Below are positions 1 through 9,093 of a stretch of DNA of 42,470 nt, piece after piece. Below the pieces are notes generated by a model. It saw nothing but the letters and a program-made list of their open reading frames with translations, had not been told where the DNA came from and did not search any database. The stretch spans positions 1 to 42,470 of the IMG/VR virus record IMGVR_UViG_3300037991_005648, one strand, 5' to 3'. This stretch comes from a virus. Taxonomy: Duplodnaviria > Caudoviricetes. A program made the position numbers and the translations under genes. Numbering within the stretch: position 1 is the stretch's first letter; each line of letters opens with the position of its first letter.

Positions 1-431
1 AAAGTAGGTTCATGTTCTGCAAACTGGATTTGATAAACTTTTTCATTCAATGGGAAGAAGATTAAGTCACCTTCTCTTGGTCTTGATATGTTTTGTGTAG
101 CTTGTACTTCATTTTCAAAAGCTCTTACAGCAACAGATAATGTCATCTGGTCTCTAATTTCTAAACCAAACTTAGATAAGAAGTCTCCTTCTCCTTCAAA
201 ACCATCAACGCTTCTAATGTACATAACAACATCAGTAACATTATCAAATACTGCGAGATCTTCTTCGTTATATAATTGATCGTACCCTTCAGAAGTATAC
301 TTCTTTGCCATGTAACCAACATCTATACCATAGATTGCTATAGATTCAGTTACAAGATCAGCAATTAAGTTTTGCTCACCGTGATGGGCAAACTTATTGA
401 AGTAAGTACTTGATAATGATTGTGTTGCCAT
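1..431 (-). CDS. gp14: Neck protein gp14 (head completion), runs off the left edge of the window; not in the ORF track
   Basis: Manual translation from the ATG at 431 gives MATQSLSSTYFNKFAHHGEQNLIADLVTESIAIYGIDV...VDGFEGEGDFLSKFGLEIRDQMTL...RPREGDLIFFPLNEKVYQIQFAEHEP. EQxLxxDLxxESI, SKFGLEIRD and RPxEGDLIxFP are T4 gp14 motifs. It lies downstream of gp13. Confidence 0.93.
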   Translation of the reverse strand, partial: MATQSLSSTYFNKFAHHGEQNLIADLVTESIAIYGIDVGYMAKKYTSEGYDQLYNEEDLAVFDNVTDVVMYIRSVDGFEGEGDFLSKFGLEIRDQMTLSVAVRAFENEVQATQNISRPREGDLIFFPLNEKVYQIQFAEHEPT

Positions 432-2087
432 TTAGCAGTTCCACCTACGCCTTGCTGCTTTACCTCTTGGACCAGTCCAACTTCTTGATCTAGCACAAAA
501 TGATTTACGTCTGTTAGCTGCTTTACTTCCAGGTTTGAGTTTAGAAGGAGGAGTTGTAACAGCTGTACTTAATTTACTACCAGGATTTCTTCTTCTGTAT
601 GCAGCAACACCTTTCTTTGTCATACCAGCACCCTGCTTAACTGATCTCTTATGACCCGATGATACTGACATTCCTTTCATATCATCTTCAGCAACAAAGT
701 CACTAAAGTTCATAATAGTTTCTTCTTTGGCTGATCTCCATGTACCACCTTTGGATTTGTACCATTTAGCAGCCCAGCCATTTGCATATGCAGAAGGATA
801 TACATCAAACTTAGAACGTGCTAATGACTTAGCTCTGGACCATAGTTTAGGATTATTTGGTTTACTTTTTTCTTCGATGTAGTCCATTTCCTCCGTCCTT
901 ACATTAATCGGTTTGTTACCCGTACCTGGTCTATCTACAGATGGATCAGCAGCTCTTTTCCTTCTTGTAGCAGACGCTCTTTCTTTTTTACTCATTGAAT
1001 GCGCTTTAGATCTTGGAACACACTTTGGCTTTCCTTCTCCAGGTTCTCTAGCACAAGCACCTTTTATATTACCTTTTGTATCTAATCTAACCCAGTCACC
1101 TTTTGGTCCTTTACCAAACCAGTCCTTCAAGGATTCGTTGGTAGCATCTTTATCGAGTACCTTTTGTATAGTTTGGTGCTGCTTCTCGTGAGACTTTACT
1201 GACTTCTTCAAAGCCTTTACCATCTTCCTGAACTGCTTTTCTGTAGGCTCTGGAATCTCTGTTGCTTCTTCACTATGCATATTGATAAAAAAGTTAGCTT
1301 GTTTCTTATCTAATGTAGTAGCTCCAGGTTTATTTTTTAGTGCTCTAGCTTTAGCAATGGTCATTTTACCTTTGACCTTTCGCTTTAGTGTACCTGGGGC
1401 ACCTCTTTTTGATTGACTCTTCTTGATAAGTTCAGATGTTGATTCTTCTGGTACACAATTAGGTACCAATCTTTTACCCTTCTTCTTCATACCAGCTTGT
1501 CTATAACCTTGCCAACATGCTTCAACAACATCCAAACCTGTAATCTCTTCATTAAGTTTATTTTCCCACCAAGGTATTTCTGGTGAAACTTTATCTTTGT
1601 CAATTATACTTTTAAGTCTGTTATCATATTCTTCTCTAGTTGGAGGTGCATCACCATTAACAGCATCTATAACAAATTGTATTGTTGCAGCTGCAATAGT
1701 TAGACTTGCACATTTACCAACCACATAACCATTTAACTCATCAATCATGATTGTAGGAGAAGCCTCTTTTAACTTTCCAACCATATCATGAGGAACCTTA
1801 AAATACATATAGCCTTCAACATAAATCTTAGCAGGATATGGATGGAGCTTGTTAGTATTTGAGTCTACAATACGAACTAAATCAAACCCATCTATATTCT
1901 TAAATGTAACAGATTCAGTTTCATTTGTTTCAGGATTCTTTTCAATATAATCTGGTGAACCAAATTCATCCATTAGTTTCATAGCAAATTCTTTAGGACC
2001 ATCATATTTCCAGGTCCCAATGTCGACACCACGGTGAGTGTCTTCTTTTACAAATACTGATACAAATGTACTAAAATCATTTAACAT
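432..2087 (-). CDS. 551-aa multi-module basic phage protein (acidic N-terminal domain plus several Lys/Arg-rich modules); possible internal head polyprotein
   Basis: Long ORF with its stop abutting the gp14 start (TAA-ATG). Modules CWQGY..KKKGKRLVPNCVP, LKDWFGKG..KPKCVP, KFDVYPSAYANGW..YKSKGG and GMTKKGVAAYRRRNPGSKL..RRKSFCAR..RRRWNC resemble small conserved phage domains of unknown function. The function is inferred. Confidence 0.6.
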   Translation of the reverse strand: MLNDFSTFVSVFVKEDTHRGVDIGTWKYDGPKEFAMKLMDEFGSPDYIEKNPETNETESVTFKNIDGFDLVRIVDSNTNKLHPYPAKIYVEGYMYFKVPHDMVGKLKEASPTIMIDELNGYVVGKCASLTIAAATIQFVIDAVNGDAPPTREEYDNRLKSIIDKDKVSPEIPWWENKLNEEITGLDVVEACWQGYRQAGMKKKGKRLVPNCVPEESTSELIKKSQSKRGAPGTLKRKVKGKMTIAKARALKNKPGATTLDKKQANFFINMHSEEATEIPEPTEKQFRKMVKALKKSVKSHEKQHQTIQKVLDKDATNESLKDWFGKGPKGDWVRLDTKGNIKGACAREPGEGKPKCVPRSKAHSMSKKERASATRRKRAADPSVDRPGTGNKPINVRTEEMDYIEEKSKPNNPKLWSRAKSLARSKFDVYPSAYANGWAAKWYKSKGGTWRSAKEETIMNFSDFVAEDDMKGMSVSSGHKRSVKQGAGMTKKGVAAYRRRNPGSKLSTAVTTPPSKLKPGSKAANRRKSFCARSRSWTGPRGKAARRRWNC

Positions 2088-2091
2088 TTTT

Positions 2092-2832
2092 TTAACCTGT
2101 CATATCGTGTACTGGTAATGAGTATGCGCTTATCATTTCTTGTTCAAGTTGAGTCTTTTCTGTCAATGCTTGTGATAATATCTCACCTCCATTGAATTGA
2201 ACACCACCTGGTAATTGCATTCCCGTAAACTTAGATAAATTTTGACCCCATGACTCTTTAAACAAACAAGTTGTATATCTAATCAACCATCTATCAGCCC
2301 ACACATCAGTATATGTATCAGGATCAACTTTATTGTATACATGAGCTACAATAAAATCATCTACATTAACCTTCTCCCAATCCATATCAATATGGAGCTT
2401 GTTAACATGTCTGTTATATCTTAATGGTTGTCTACCAACCAATATCTCTTCAATGAATCTAATGTTTTGAAAGTTCATATAGAAAGGAACTAAATCATAT
2501 CTTGATAGATCATATAGATCGTTCAATGCAATTTGATATCTAATGTTGAATAAGTTATTTGTACTGGTAGCATCTCCAATATCAAACAAATCAATAATAC
2601 CAATAGTGTCGCTACTTATAGAGATATATTGATTATCAATATCTGTTTGTGTAACAGTATGCTTTAGAAACGTTTTTTCAACACCGTCAAAATGATAGTC
2701 TTGATAATATGCTAGAGCTTCATCAATACGATCTTCTAATTGATCATCATCAACGTTTATCTCGATAACTGGTTTACCGAGGTTTCTTAAACATCTCTCT
2801 TTGAATGTGGCTCTTGATGTAGGTACTGCCAT
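2092..2832 (-). CDS. gp13: Neck protein gp13
   Basis: CLRNLGKPVIEINVDDDQLEDRIDEALAYYQDYHFDG and WGQNLSKFTGMQLPGGVQFNG are T4-like gp13 motifs. Confidence 0.95.
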   Translation of the reverse strand: MAVPTSRATFKERCLRNLGKPVIEINVDDDQLEDRIDEALAYYQDYHFDGVEKTFLKHTVTQTDIDNQYISISSDTIGIIDLFDIGDATSTNNLFNIRYQIALNDLYDLSRYDLVPFYMNFQNIRFIEEILVGRQPLRYNRHVNKLHIDMDWEKVNVDDFIVAHVYNKVDPDTYTDVWADRWLIRYTTCLFKESWGQNLSKFTGMQLPGGVQFNGGEILSQALTEKTQLEQEMISAYSLPVHDMTG

Positions 2833-2835
2833 TTG

Positions 2836-3465
2836 TTATCCCCAAGCTGCATCGCCATTGGCGTATAGTATTTGTAATCTGTTTCCGCTCCCATCCTTTA
2901 GTGCTGTAGTAACTTGCAAGTTTGCACCAACTGTAAAGTTAGTAATTGCATTTGTACAATCAAACAAAACATGAGTATCATTAGCTGTAGCTGTCAAACC
3001 TCCAGCTGCAGATATATTTCTAACATGGCTGGTGTTGGAGAATATCAAAAAGTCTCCAGCAGCACCATCATTAATTGTTACATCACTCAACCCATTCAGT
3101 TGTGTTGAACCTCCTGTAACTGCATTTTCATCTACATAATTTTTTACAGCTGCGGCTGAAGGAATTGTAGTTGTGTTTGCTAATTGTGTTAAGTTAGCAG
3201 ATACTCCAACTATTTTAGTATTTGATACACCTGAAGTTGTAATAGTAAGACCACCAGTTTTGATCTCATCGATAAAACTATTAGCATCAACTACTATAGC
3301 TTGATTGGCTGTTAGTGTTCCTGGATCTCTCTTACCTGCAACAGCAATGACAGCATTGTTAGAACCAATAAAAAGAACTTCACCATTAGTGGCATATGCT
3401 GGTTCACCATTTGCTAATGATGTTGGTGTAGCTGTGTTTGCGCTATATTTTAACTGAATAGCCAC
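2836..3465 (-). CDS. Short fibre/collar-type structural protein
   Basis: The N-terminus IQLKYS..TSLANGEPAY....LFIG resembles fibre N-terminal anchor motifs, and LNGLSDVTI is a fibre repeat unit. The GTG start overlaps the upstream TAG. Confidence 0.6.
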   Translation of the reverse strand: MAIQLKYSANTATPTSLANGEPAYATNGEVLFIGSNNAVIAVAGKRDPGTLTANQAIVVDANSFIDEIKTGGLTITTSGVSNTKIVGVSANLTQLANTTTIPSAAAVKNYVDENAVTGGSTQLNGLSDVTINDGAAGDFLIFSNTSHVRNISAAGGLTATANDTHVLFDCTNAITNFTVGANLQVTTALKDGSGNRLQILYANGDAAWG

Positions 3466-3740
3466 TAAAATGATCCTCCATTTAGGTCTGTTCGGTCACT
3501 AGATATAAAAGTATCGTTTGCAGATATATATCTGATAACCTGACCATTACTAACACTTCCTGCATCTACATCATCAAAATCATCAACCCTTCTAGCTACT
3601 TTAGTTGGCATTGTCAAAGTAAGAGAGGTGGTTGCATTTGCAAGATGTATTGTACCAGCCTCTACGTTTGCCAAAGCAGCTCCATTAGCATGTAATGGTG
3701 TTACTTTTGTATTACTACTTATCTTTATTGCAAATCCCAT
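3465..3740 (-). CDS. Small virion protein with a fibre-type DV..G.VI.Y unit and a C-terminal NGGSF
   Basis: Translationally coupled to both neighbours; contains DDFDDVDAGSVSNGQVIRY...DLNGGSF. Confidence 0.6.
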   Translation of the reverse strand: MGFAIKISSNTKVTPLHANGAALANVEAGTIHLANATTSLTLTMPTKVARRVDDFDDVDAGSVSNGQVIRYISANDTFISSDRTDLNGGSF

Positions 3741-3955
3741 TAAAAGCTGCCACCATCCTGACTGTCTTCTGTCAATTCATATTTATCAGTACTTGAATTG
3801 TAAACAAGAATTGAACCATTTGATTTGTTTAATTCAGACACATCTTCACATGCATCTAGTCTGTTGGCTGTTCCTGATAATGGGTTACCGTAAATAGATA
3901 AAGTATTGAGTGTGTTATTAAGAACTTGTGTTCCTGATTGAAAAATCTTGCTCAT
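3740..3955 (-). CDS. Small virion protein, paralogous to 3465..3740 (C-terminal DGGSF)
   Basis: Contains LDACEDVSELNKSNGSILVYNSSTDKY...QDGGSF; overlapping start and stop codons on both sides. Confidence 0.6.
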   Translation of the reverse strand: MSKIFQSGTQVLNNTLNTLSIYGNPLSGTANRLDACEDVSELNKSNGSILVYNSSTDKYELTEDSQDGGSF

Positions 3956-4287
3956 TGAGTTACTCTTGGTGTTACAGTTACAATTCCTTCTACTGCTCTT
4001 AACTTAGTATTTGCAGATGTGTTAAGTAATGTTAGATCATAAACGTATCTACCATCTGTTATACCAGCTGTATTAGCATAATCTAATGTCATTGTAACAG
4101 TACCATTACTTCCACCAGTTGTGCAAGTAAAAGTAGCAGTAGCATTTGTTGAAGAATAATGTTTTCTTATTTGAGAGTTTGCTGTATAATTAGAAAGGTC
4201 TACACGTGCTCCTGCAGCATCCGTGATATCAATATCAGTGGAGAAACTTGCACCTTGCTCTATAACAATGTTTGCTTTTACTGCCAT
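3952..4287 (-). CDS. Conserved small beta-sandwich structural protein of T4-like phages (BppU-N-like)
   Basis: Pattern IEQGASFS...ANSQIRKHY...GRYVYDL...RAVEGIVTVTPRVT; AGGAG RBS at 4294-4298 and a late promoter just upstream. Confidence 0.7.
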   Translation of the reverse strand: MAVKANIVIEQGASFSTDIDITDAAGARVDLSNYTANSQIRKHYSSTNATATFTCTTGGSNGTVTMTLDYANTAGITDGRYVYDLTLLNTSANTKLRAVEGIVTVTPRVTQ

Positions 4288-4306
4288 TTCGCGCTCCTAA
4301 ACTTAG

Positions 4307-4323
4307 CTAAATATATTTATAAT
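4307..4323 (+). promoter_or_regulatory. Candidate promoter for the plus-strand enzyme operon (CTAAATA late-type variant at 4307-4313; TATAAT at 4318-4323)
   Basis: Both motifs lie just upstream of the ATG at 4344 and overlap the palindrome TAAATATATTTA (4308-4319). Confidence 0.45.
4314..4321 (-). promoter_or_regulatory. T4-type (gp55) late promoter TATAAATA for the collar/neck genes
   Basis: Exact consensus on the minus strand in the 56-bp divergent intergenic gap, 27 nt upstream of the 4287 start. Confidence 0.8.
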
Positions 4324-4343
4324 AACAATATTGTGGTCATGAT

Positions 4344-4907
4344 ATGTCAAAAATAAGTGAATTGAGATTACATGCTCGTAACAGAAAACTACCTTCTGTT
4401 TTGCATATAACTAATATTACACCTGAATTGTTAGTACACAATCTATTTATCTATGAAGACCTGTCAAAAGATTCTGATAATCTTACAGGAATAAAGACTG
4501 CTGAAGAACGTCATGAGAATGCTGTGGCAGGAGTCAGTACTGGAAAAGATGTGTATGATTTAGGTGAGTTCTATAATCAAATCCATACAAATGAAATTGA
4601 TCTTACTGTAAAAGATTTAGAGATAGTGAACAAAAGATTTGCAATGTTAGATCCAGGACATAGTATTGAACATCACATGGATCCTCCTAACATATTCAAT
4701 CTTATTTGTCCTCTAACTGATCCTATAACTTTAGAAGTTAAAGAAGATACAACACATTTTTATACTTGTCAACCAGGTGAAGTATGGTTTATCAATCCAA
4801 GCTATATGCATGCTTCACACCATGAAGCAACAGATACACGTGTTGCTATATTAGCCAATTTTGAATACTCTGAGGAAACATATGAATACCTTACCAGGCT
4901 ATTATGA
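4344..4907 (+). CDS. 2OG-Fe(II) oxygenase, aspartyl/asparaginyl beta-hydroxylase-like
   Basis: HxD (IEHHMDP), distal His (GEVWFINPSYMH) and terminal Arg (TRVAIL) in a double-stranded beta-helix arrangement. Confidence 0.75.
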   Translation: MSKISELRLHARNRKLPSVLHITNITPELLVHNLFIYEDLSKDSDNLTGIKTAEERHENAVAGVSTGKDVYDLGEFYNQIHTNEIDLTVKDLEIVNKRFAMLDPGHSIEHHMDPPNIFNLICPLTDPITLEVKEDTTHFYTCQPGEVWFINPSYMHASHHEATDTRVAILANFEYSEETYEYLTRLL

Positions 4908-5811
4908 ATTAGAACCTGAAGATTGTACATTTACAGATGTTACTGCTGATGTTACTCATCAGTGTAACATGACGTGTAGCAATTGTTATATTCCAAATAG
5001 AGATGTTCCAGATATGGATATAGACAAGTTCATTGAATGTATAAGTAAGTTTCCTAAAAGGACAATGATAAGGATCATGGGTGCTGAACCTACGATGAGA
5101 GATGACTTAGTTGACATCATAAAAAAAATTAAACAAGCTAAACATAGATGTACCCTGTTGACTAATGGACTAAAATTGGCTAGTATGAGGTATACGCAAA
5201 GTCTTAAAGATGCCAAATTATCACACGTATACCTTAGTTTAAACGGCGTAGACAACGATGACTGGTATGAGGCAATAGATGAGCTCAGGTGTGCAAAACT
5301 TAAAGTAAAAGCATTAAGTAATATCAAGAAAGCTAACTTTATTGTTGACACTGGTACTATCTTATGTAAAGGTATAAATGATGATGCACCATCTAGATTA
5401 TTGCATTTGTTTAAACAACTAGAAATAGAACATGCTATGATCAGATTCAAGAACGTTGGACAACATGGAAGGTATTTATTAGAAAGTGTAGACAATTGGA
5501 AGCTGGATGATATGATACGTATATGTTCTGAACACTTTGGTGTGTCAGTTGATTATATTAACTCATGGAGAGATAAACCAATATATGGAAACCATGTTGA
5601 AGAAGATACATTTATGTTTCCTATAGATCCTAATTCTGAAACAAAAATGTTACATAGAAGCGGATATTGGGTTAAGTTAGCAGATTGGGATAGTCATGAT
5701 GACACGAGACTGTATCCTTTTATGAATCAAACACGTAGAGGAAGAATAACAGAAGACTTCAAAGTTGCACCTCTTCCTGCACACATTGTAGCTAATGAGG
5801 GTGGTTATTGA
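4882..5811 (+). CDS. Radical SAM enzyme (MoaA-like core, no evident SPASM cysteines)
   Basis: CxxxCxxC (CNMTCSNC), GAEPT, LTNG and YLSLNG motifs. Start moved from TTG 4861 to ATG 4882, which follows a GAGG RBS. Confidence 0.9.
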   Translation: MNTLPGYYELEPEDCTFTDVTADVTHQCNMTCSNCYIPNRDVPDMDIDKFIECISKFPKRTMIRIMGAEPTMRDDLVDIIKKIKQAKHRCTLLTNGLKLASMRYTQSLKDAKLSHVYLSLNGVDNDDWYEAIDELRCAKLKVKALSNIKKANFIVDTGTILCKGINDDAPSRLLHLFKQLEIEHAMIRFKNVGQHGRYLLESVDNWKLDDMIRICSEHFGVSVDYINSWRDKPIYGNHVEEDTFMFPIDPNSETKMLHRSGYWVKLADWDSHDDTRLYPFMNQTRRGRITEDFKVAPLPAHIVANEGGY

Positions 5812-6245
5812 TGGAGATACCTGAGTTCTTTACTAAAGGTAAAGACCATACATTGAATCCTATAAGATTATTATATAATTCAAAGAAGTATAAATATTAT
5901 CATGTGATTACATATGTGGATCGCTACCAAGCATATCTTAGTGCAAATGAATTCAAGGCAGCTAATAGGTTGCCATTTGAGTTTAACAAAACTATGAGAA
6001 TGTTTACTATTGAAAAGTCATTTAAGAAACTAAGAAATCATGGTGAAGGAACTTTCTTAACATTTTCTACTATTGAAGATCATCACACAATCAAAGATTG
6101 GATAGTGACAAAGGAATGGATGCCTTTGGTGTTAATGTATAGAAAAACTATTGTTGATATGAATAAAAATAAACACGTTGATATTGAAATTGTAGATGAG
6201 TTTTTGTCTGTGAAAAGGGAATGGATTGATGACAGCCACGACTGA
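5811..6245 (+). CDS. Hypothetical protein
   Basis: TGATG coupling to the radical SAM gene; fills the operon; no motif recognised. Confidence 0.65.
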   Translation: MEIPEFFTKGKDHTLNPIRLLYNSKKYKYYHVITYVDRYQAYLSANEFKAANRLPFEFNKTMRMFTIEKSFKKLRNHGEGTFLTFSTIEDHHTIKDWIVTKEWMPLVLMYRKTIVDMNKNKHVDIEIVDEFLSVKREWIDDSHD

Positions 6246-7074
6246 TATATGGGTTATCAAAACAGTACATAAAGAATGCCCATACCAAACAGAATGGGAT
6301 CCTAGTGAGTACTATACTGATATTCATGTTTATGATATCAGAGAACAAATTAACACATACTTTAACAAACCGTTTAACTTTCATTTAGTTACTAATGATA
6401 CAACAATTGCAATGCCTGGAATTAAAATTCACGATTGTACTCATTGGAACTTATGGGGTTGGTGGAATAAAATGGGATTGTTTAGTGAAGAACTCTCAGG
6501 TGATGGATTAAACATATACATTGATCTTGATACTGTTATACAAAGAGACTTTACATCGATCAGTGAGTTTATTCCATATGATAAAATATCAATGTTGTAT
6601 TGTTATTGGAAACCAATTGATTGGGAATCTCAAGCATTTAAAGTATCTAAGTTTGATCCAGATTTTGAATTTGCAACATTAATCAACTCATCAATCATGG
6701 CTTGGCATGGTAAGGGTTGGGATTGGATATGGAAACAGTTCATGGAAGATCCAGAAACATTTACATTTAGGTTCAGAGGTAATGATGAATATATGAACCA
6801 TTGGCATAGAGATGTAATCAATACTTTACCAAGAGGTTGGGCTTACTCATACTTCTTTGGTGCAGAAGAAGGTTCTGAGTTCTTTCCTAAAGACAAAGAG
6901 AGTTTTGTAAGAAGAGATGATTATATCTTTAGATTACTTAATGGACAAGGTAAAAAATTTAGAGATGAAGAAGAATATTTAGTTAAACCAACTGATGATG
7001 TAATTAGAAAGTCTGATGAGAAAGTCATTAAGACACATGAAAAAATTATAACACGGAGAGTTGAATATTATTAA
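6229..7074 (+). CDS. GT-A fold glycosyltransferase-like protein
   Basis: WWNKMGLF, DxD (YIDLDTVI), NSSIMAW and GNDEYM motifs. Confidence 0.8.
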   Translation: MTATTDIWVIKTVHKECPYQTEWDPSEYYTDIHVYDIREQINTYFNKPFNFHLVTNDTTIAMPGIKIHDCTHWNLWGWWNKMGLFSEELSGDGLNIYIDLDTVIQRDFTSISEFIPYDKISMLYCYWKPIDWESQAFKVSKFDPDFEFATLINSSIMAWHGKGWDWIWKQFMEDPETFTFRFRGNDEYMNHWHRDVINTLPRGWAYSYFFGAEEGSEFFPKDKESFVRRDDYIFRLLNGQGKKFRDEEEYLVKPTDDVIRKSDEKVIKTHEKIITRRVEYY

Positions 7075-7825
7075 TTTGATGACGATGAAGTGGGGTACAA
7101 AGTTTCCAGCTGATTACCCTAACTTAATTCATAGAATGGCTAAACGTCATATGCCTTGTGAGTTTAACTCATATTGTATGACGGATGATCCAATTGGATT
7201 GGATAAAGATATCATACCAGTTGAGTCAACAGAACAATGGCTATGGCAAGATATTGTTCACCAAAAACAATGGTACTTTTGGGATGGAATCAAGATGTCA
7301 TTGTTTGCACCAAGACTATGTGGTATAGAAGGAAAGATTCTTTTTTCTGATTTAGATAATCTTTTTCTTGGATCACTACAAAGAGTTATAGATACACCAA
7401 CACCTGCCATAATAGGTTGTGACTGGATGCCTCCTTGGCACGTTGGAATGCATGGTGGTAATTATTTTCTTACAATGCTATTCAATGCAAGTTTAATTTA
7501 TGTAGACAATACTGATCCTATTACAACTGAAATCTGGGATCACTTTACAAGAAACTATAAGCGAACTAAGCAAGCCTTGTATAGTGCAGATGCATACTTA
7601 TGGAGAAAGTGGAGACATAAGATCAATACTTATCCAAAAGGAACTGTATACTCATTTAACAGAGGAGCAGCCTATCCAGATAACTATACCGTAGCTGGAA
7701 GCACTTCAAAGTATAAACATAGACCAGATCATGCTGTGTGTGTTTTTATGGAAGACCATGAACCAGATCCACTAGATATAAATGACGGTTGGGTGGCAGA
7801 TGTATGGAGGCAATACCTTGATTGA
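7061..7825 (+). CDS. GT-A fold glycosyltransferase-like protein (paralogue)
   Basis: MKWGTKF, CMTDDP.G, KMSLF, DxD (FSDLDNL) and FNASL motifs. Confidence 0.8.
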   Translation: MNIINLMTMKWGTKFPADYPNLIHRMAKRHMPCEFNSYCMTDDPIGLDKDIIPVESTEQWLWQDIVHQKQWYFWDGIKMSLFAPRLCGIEGKILFSDLDNLFLGSLQRVIDTPTPAIIGCDWMPPWHVGMHGGNYFLTMLFNASLIYVDNTDPITTEIWDHFTRNYKRTKQALYSADAYLWRKWRHKINTYPKGTVYSFNRGAAYPDNYTVAGSTSKYKHRPDHAVCVFMEDHEPDPLDINDGWVADVWRQYLD

Positions 7826-8468
7826 TGTAGTGTGTTTAAAGGTTGGTATGGGTTACAAACATCGATATGTTAACGAACTATTTAAGCAAGTAAAGAAAAC
7901 AACTAAAATTAATGACTTTATTTGTATAACAGATAATTCAAGAGGTATTGATCCGGATATTAACATTAAGATGTATAAACCTATATTCAATGAACGTATG
8001 TGGTGGAATAAAGTAAGTTTGTTTGAGCCAGGTATGTTTGAGAATGATACAATCTATCTTGATCTAGATTGTTATGTACATGGTAACTTACAAGAGTTTG
8101 TGGATGGTCCAGGTGACATTTTACACACTAGTTGGTTCAATAAAGATGTTATTCGTTACATATTTTCCTGTAGTGTAAACTCATCAGTTATGTATATTAA
8201 TCAAAGTAATTATGAACCATTATGGAGAGACTTTCAAGATAATAAAATGAAACTATACAAATCTTTTTATGGATTAGATAGTTGGATATATAGAAGACAT
8301 CTTGATAAGTTAAAATTTTTTCTAGCTGGAATGGCTTATTCTTATCGCTATGGATCCAACTATCCGTATGATTGTGAACCAGAAAAGATAAGAGAAGACC
8401 ATCTTGTTTGTTCATTTGATGACATAGTTGATAAGGAAAGTAAGTTGAAGGAATTGTGGAATGTATGA
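7818..8468 (+). CDS. GT-A fold glycosyltransferase-like protein (paralogue)
   Basis: VCLKVG, CITDN, WWNKVSLF, DxD (YLDLDCY) and NSSVM motifs. Probable TTG start at 7818 after GGAGG (7806-7810); the ORF track start is 7782. Confidence 0.8.
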   Translation: MIDVVCLKVGMGYKHRYVNELFKQVKKTTKINDFICITDNSRGIDPDINIKMYKPIFNERMWWNKVSLFEPGMFENDTIYLDLDCYVHGNLQEFVDGPGDILHTSWFNKDVIRYIFSCSVNSSVMYINQSNYEPLWRDFQDNKMKLYKSFYGLDSWIYRRHLDKLKFFLAGMAYSYRYGSNYPYDCEPEKIREDHLVCSFDDIVDKESKLKELWNV

Positions 8469-9093
8469 TCCAGTATTAGATAAAGTATATGAGCTATTCA
8501 GAAAAGGTATGGGATATGTACATGAAAAACATATCTACAAGTTTAAAGATTATAGTGAGTGTGTTTTTGATACACAGATACAATCCAAGTGGTGGTTAGT
8601 TGGTCACTTACAAAATAAAGAAAAAAGAGGTGGGAGAGATATAAGAACATTTGATATATTAGCTAGTTGGTATGGTATTGTTATTGTACCCATGATAATG
8701 AATTACTTTGGCCAAGTTAAAATTAACCTATATGATGTTGATGAGTATACTTGTGATATTGCTAATCATATATGGCATAATGAGTATAATGGAATGGTTC
8801 AAGTACATCATAAAGATGTAGTATTTGACGATCTTGATTTACAAGGCGATGCTGTCATTAACTGTTCATGTGAACATATGTTTGATATGTCTCATATTGT
8901 ACATCAATATCCAAAAAAGTTGTACATTTTGCAAAGCAATAATAACAAAAATATTAAATGGTTACATATTAACTGTGCAGAGGGTCAAGGTGATTTAGCT
9001 AGACAAGCAGATCTAAGAAATATACACTTTGGTGAAAGTAAAGAGATGTATGGACAAAAAAGAATTATGATCATTGGAGAACACACAAAATGA
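8461..9093 (+). CDS. Class I SAM-dependent methyltransferase-like protein
   Basis: Rossmann-like pattern: DILASWYG (degenerate motif I), YDVD, KDV, VINCSCEHM, LQSNN. Confidence 0.55.
   Translation: MYDPVLDKVYELFRKGMGYVHEKHIYKFKDYSECVFDTQIQSKWWLVGHLQNKEKRGGRDIRTFDILASWYGIVIVPMIMNYFGQVKINLYDVDEYTCDIANHIWHNEYNGMVQVHHKDVVFDDLDLQGDAVINCSCEHMFDMSHIVHQYPKKLYILQSNNNKNIKWLHINCAEGQGDLARQADLRNIHFGESKEMYGQKRIMIIGEHTK

Noticed and set aside
88-279. Plus-strand 63-aa ORF, and similar antisense ORFs over conserved genes (e.g. 913..1191, 4986..5495, 40555..40899, 42167..42421)
   Set aside because: They are antisense to well-supported genes such as gp14, the radical SAM gene and gp5, and have no recognisable motifs.
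5889-5896. TATAAATA inside the 5811..6245 gene (also at 40781-40788 on the minus strand)
   Set aside because: Both are intragenic and several hundred bases from the next start; such 8-mers occur by chance several times in DNA this AT-rich.
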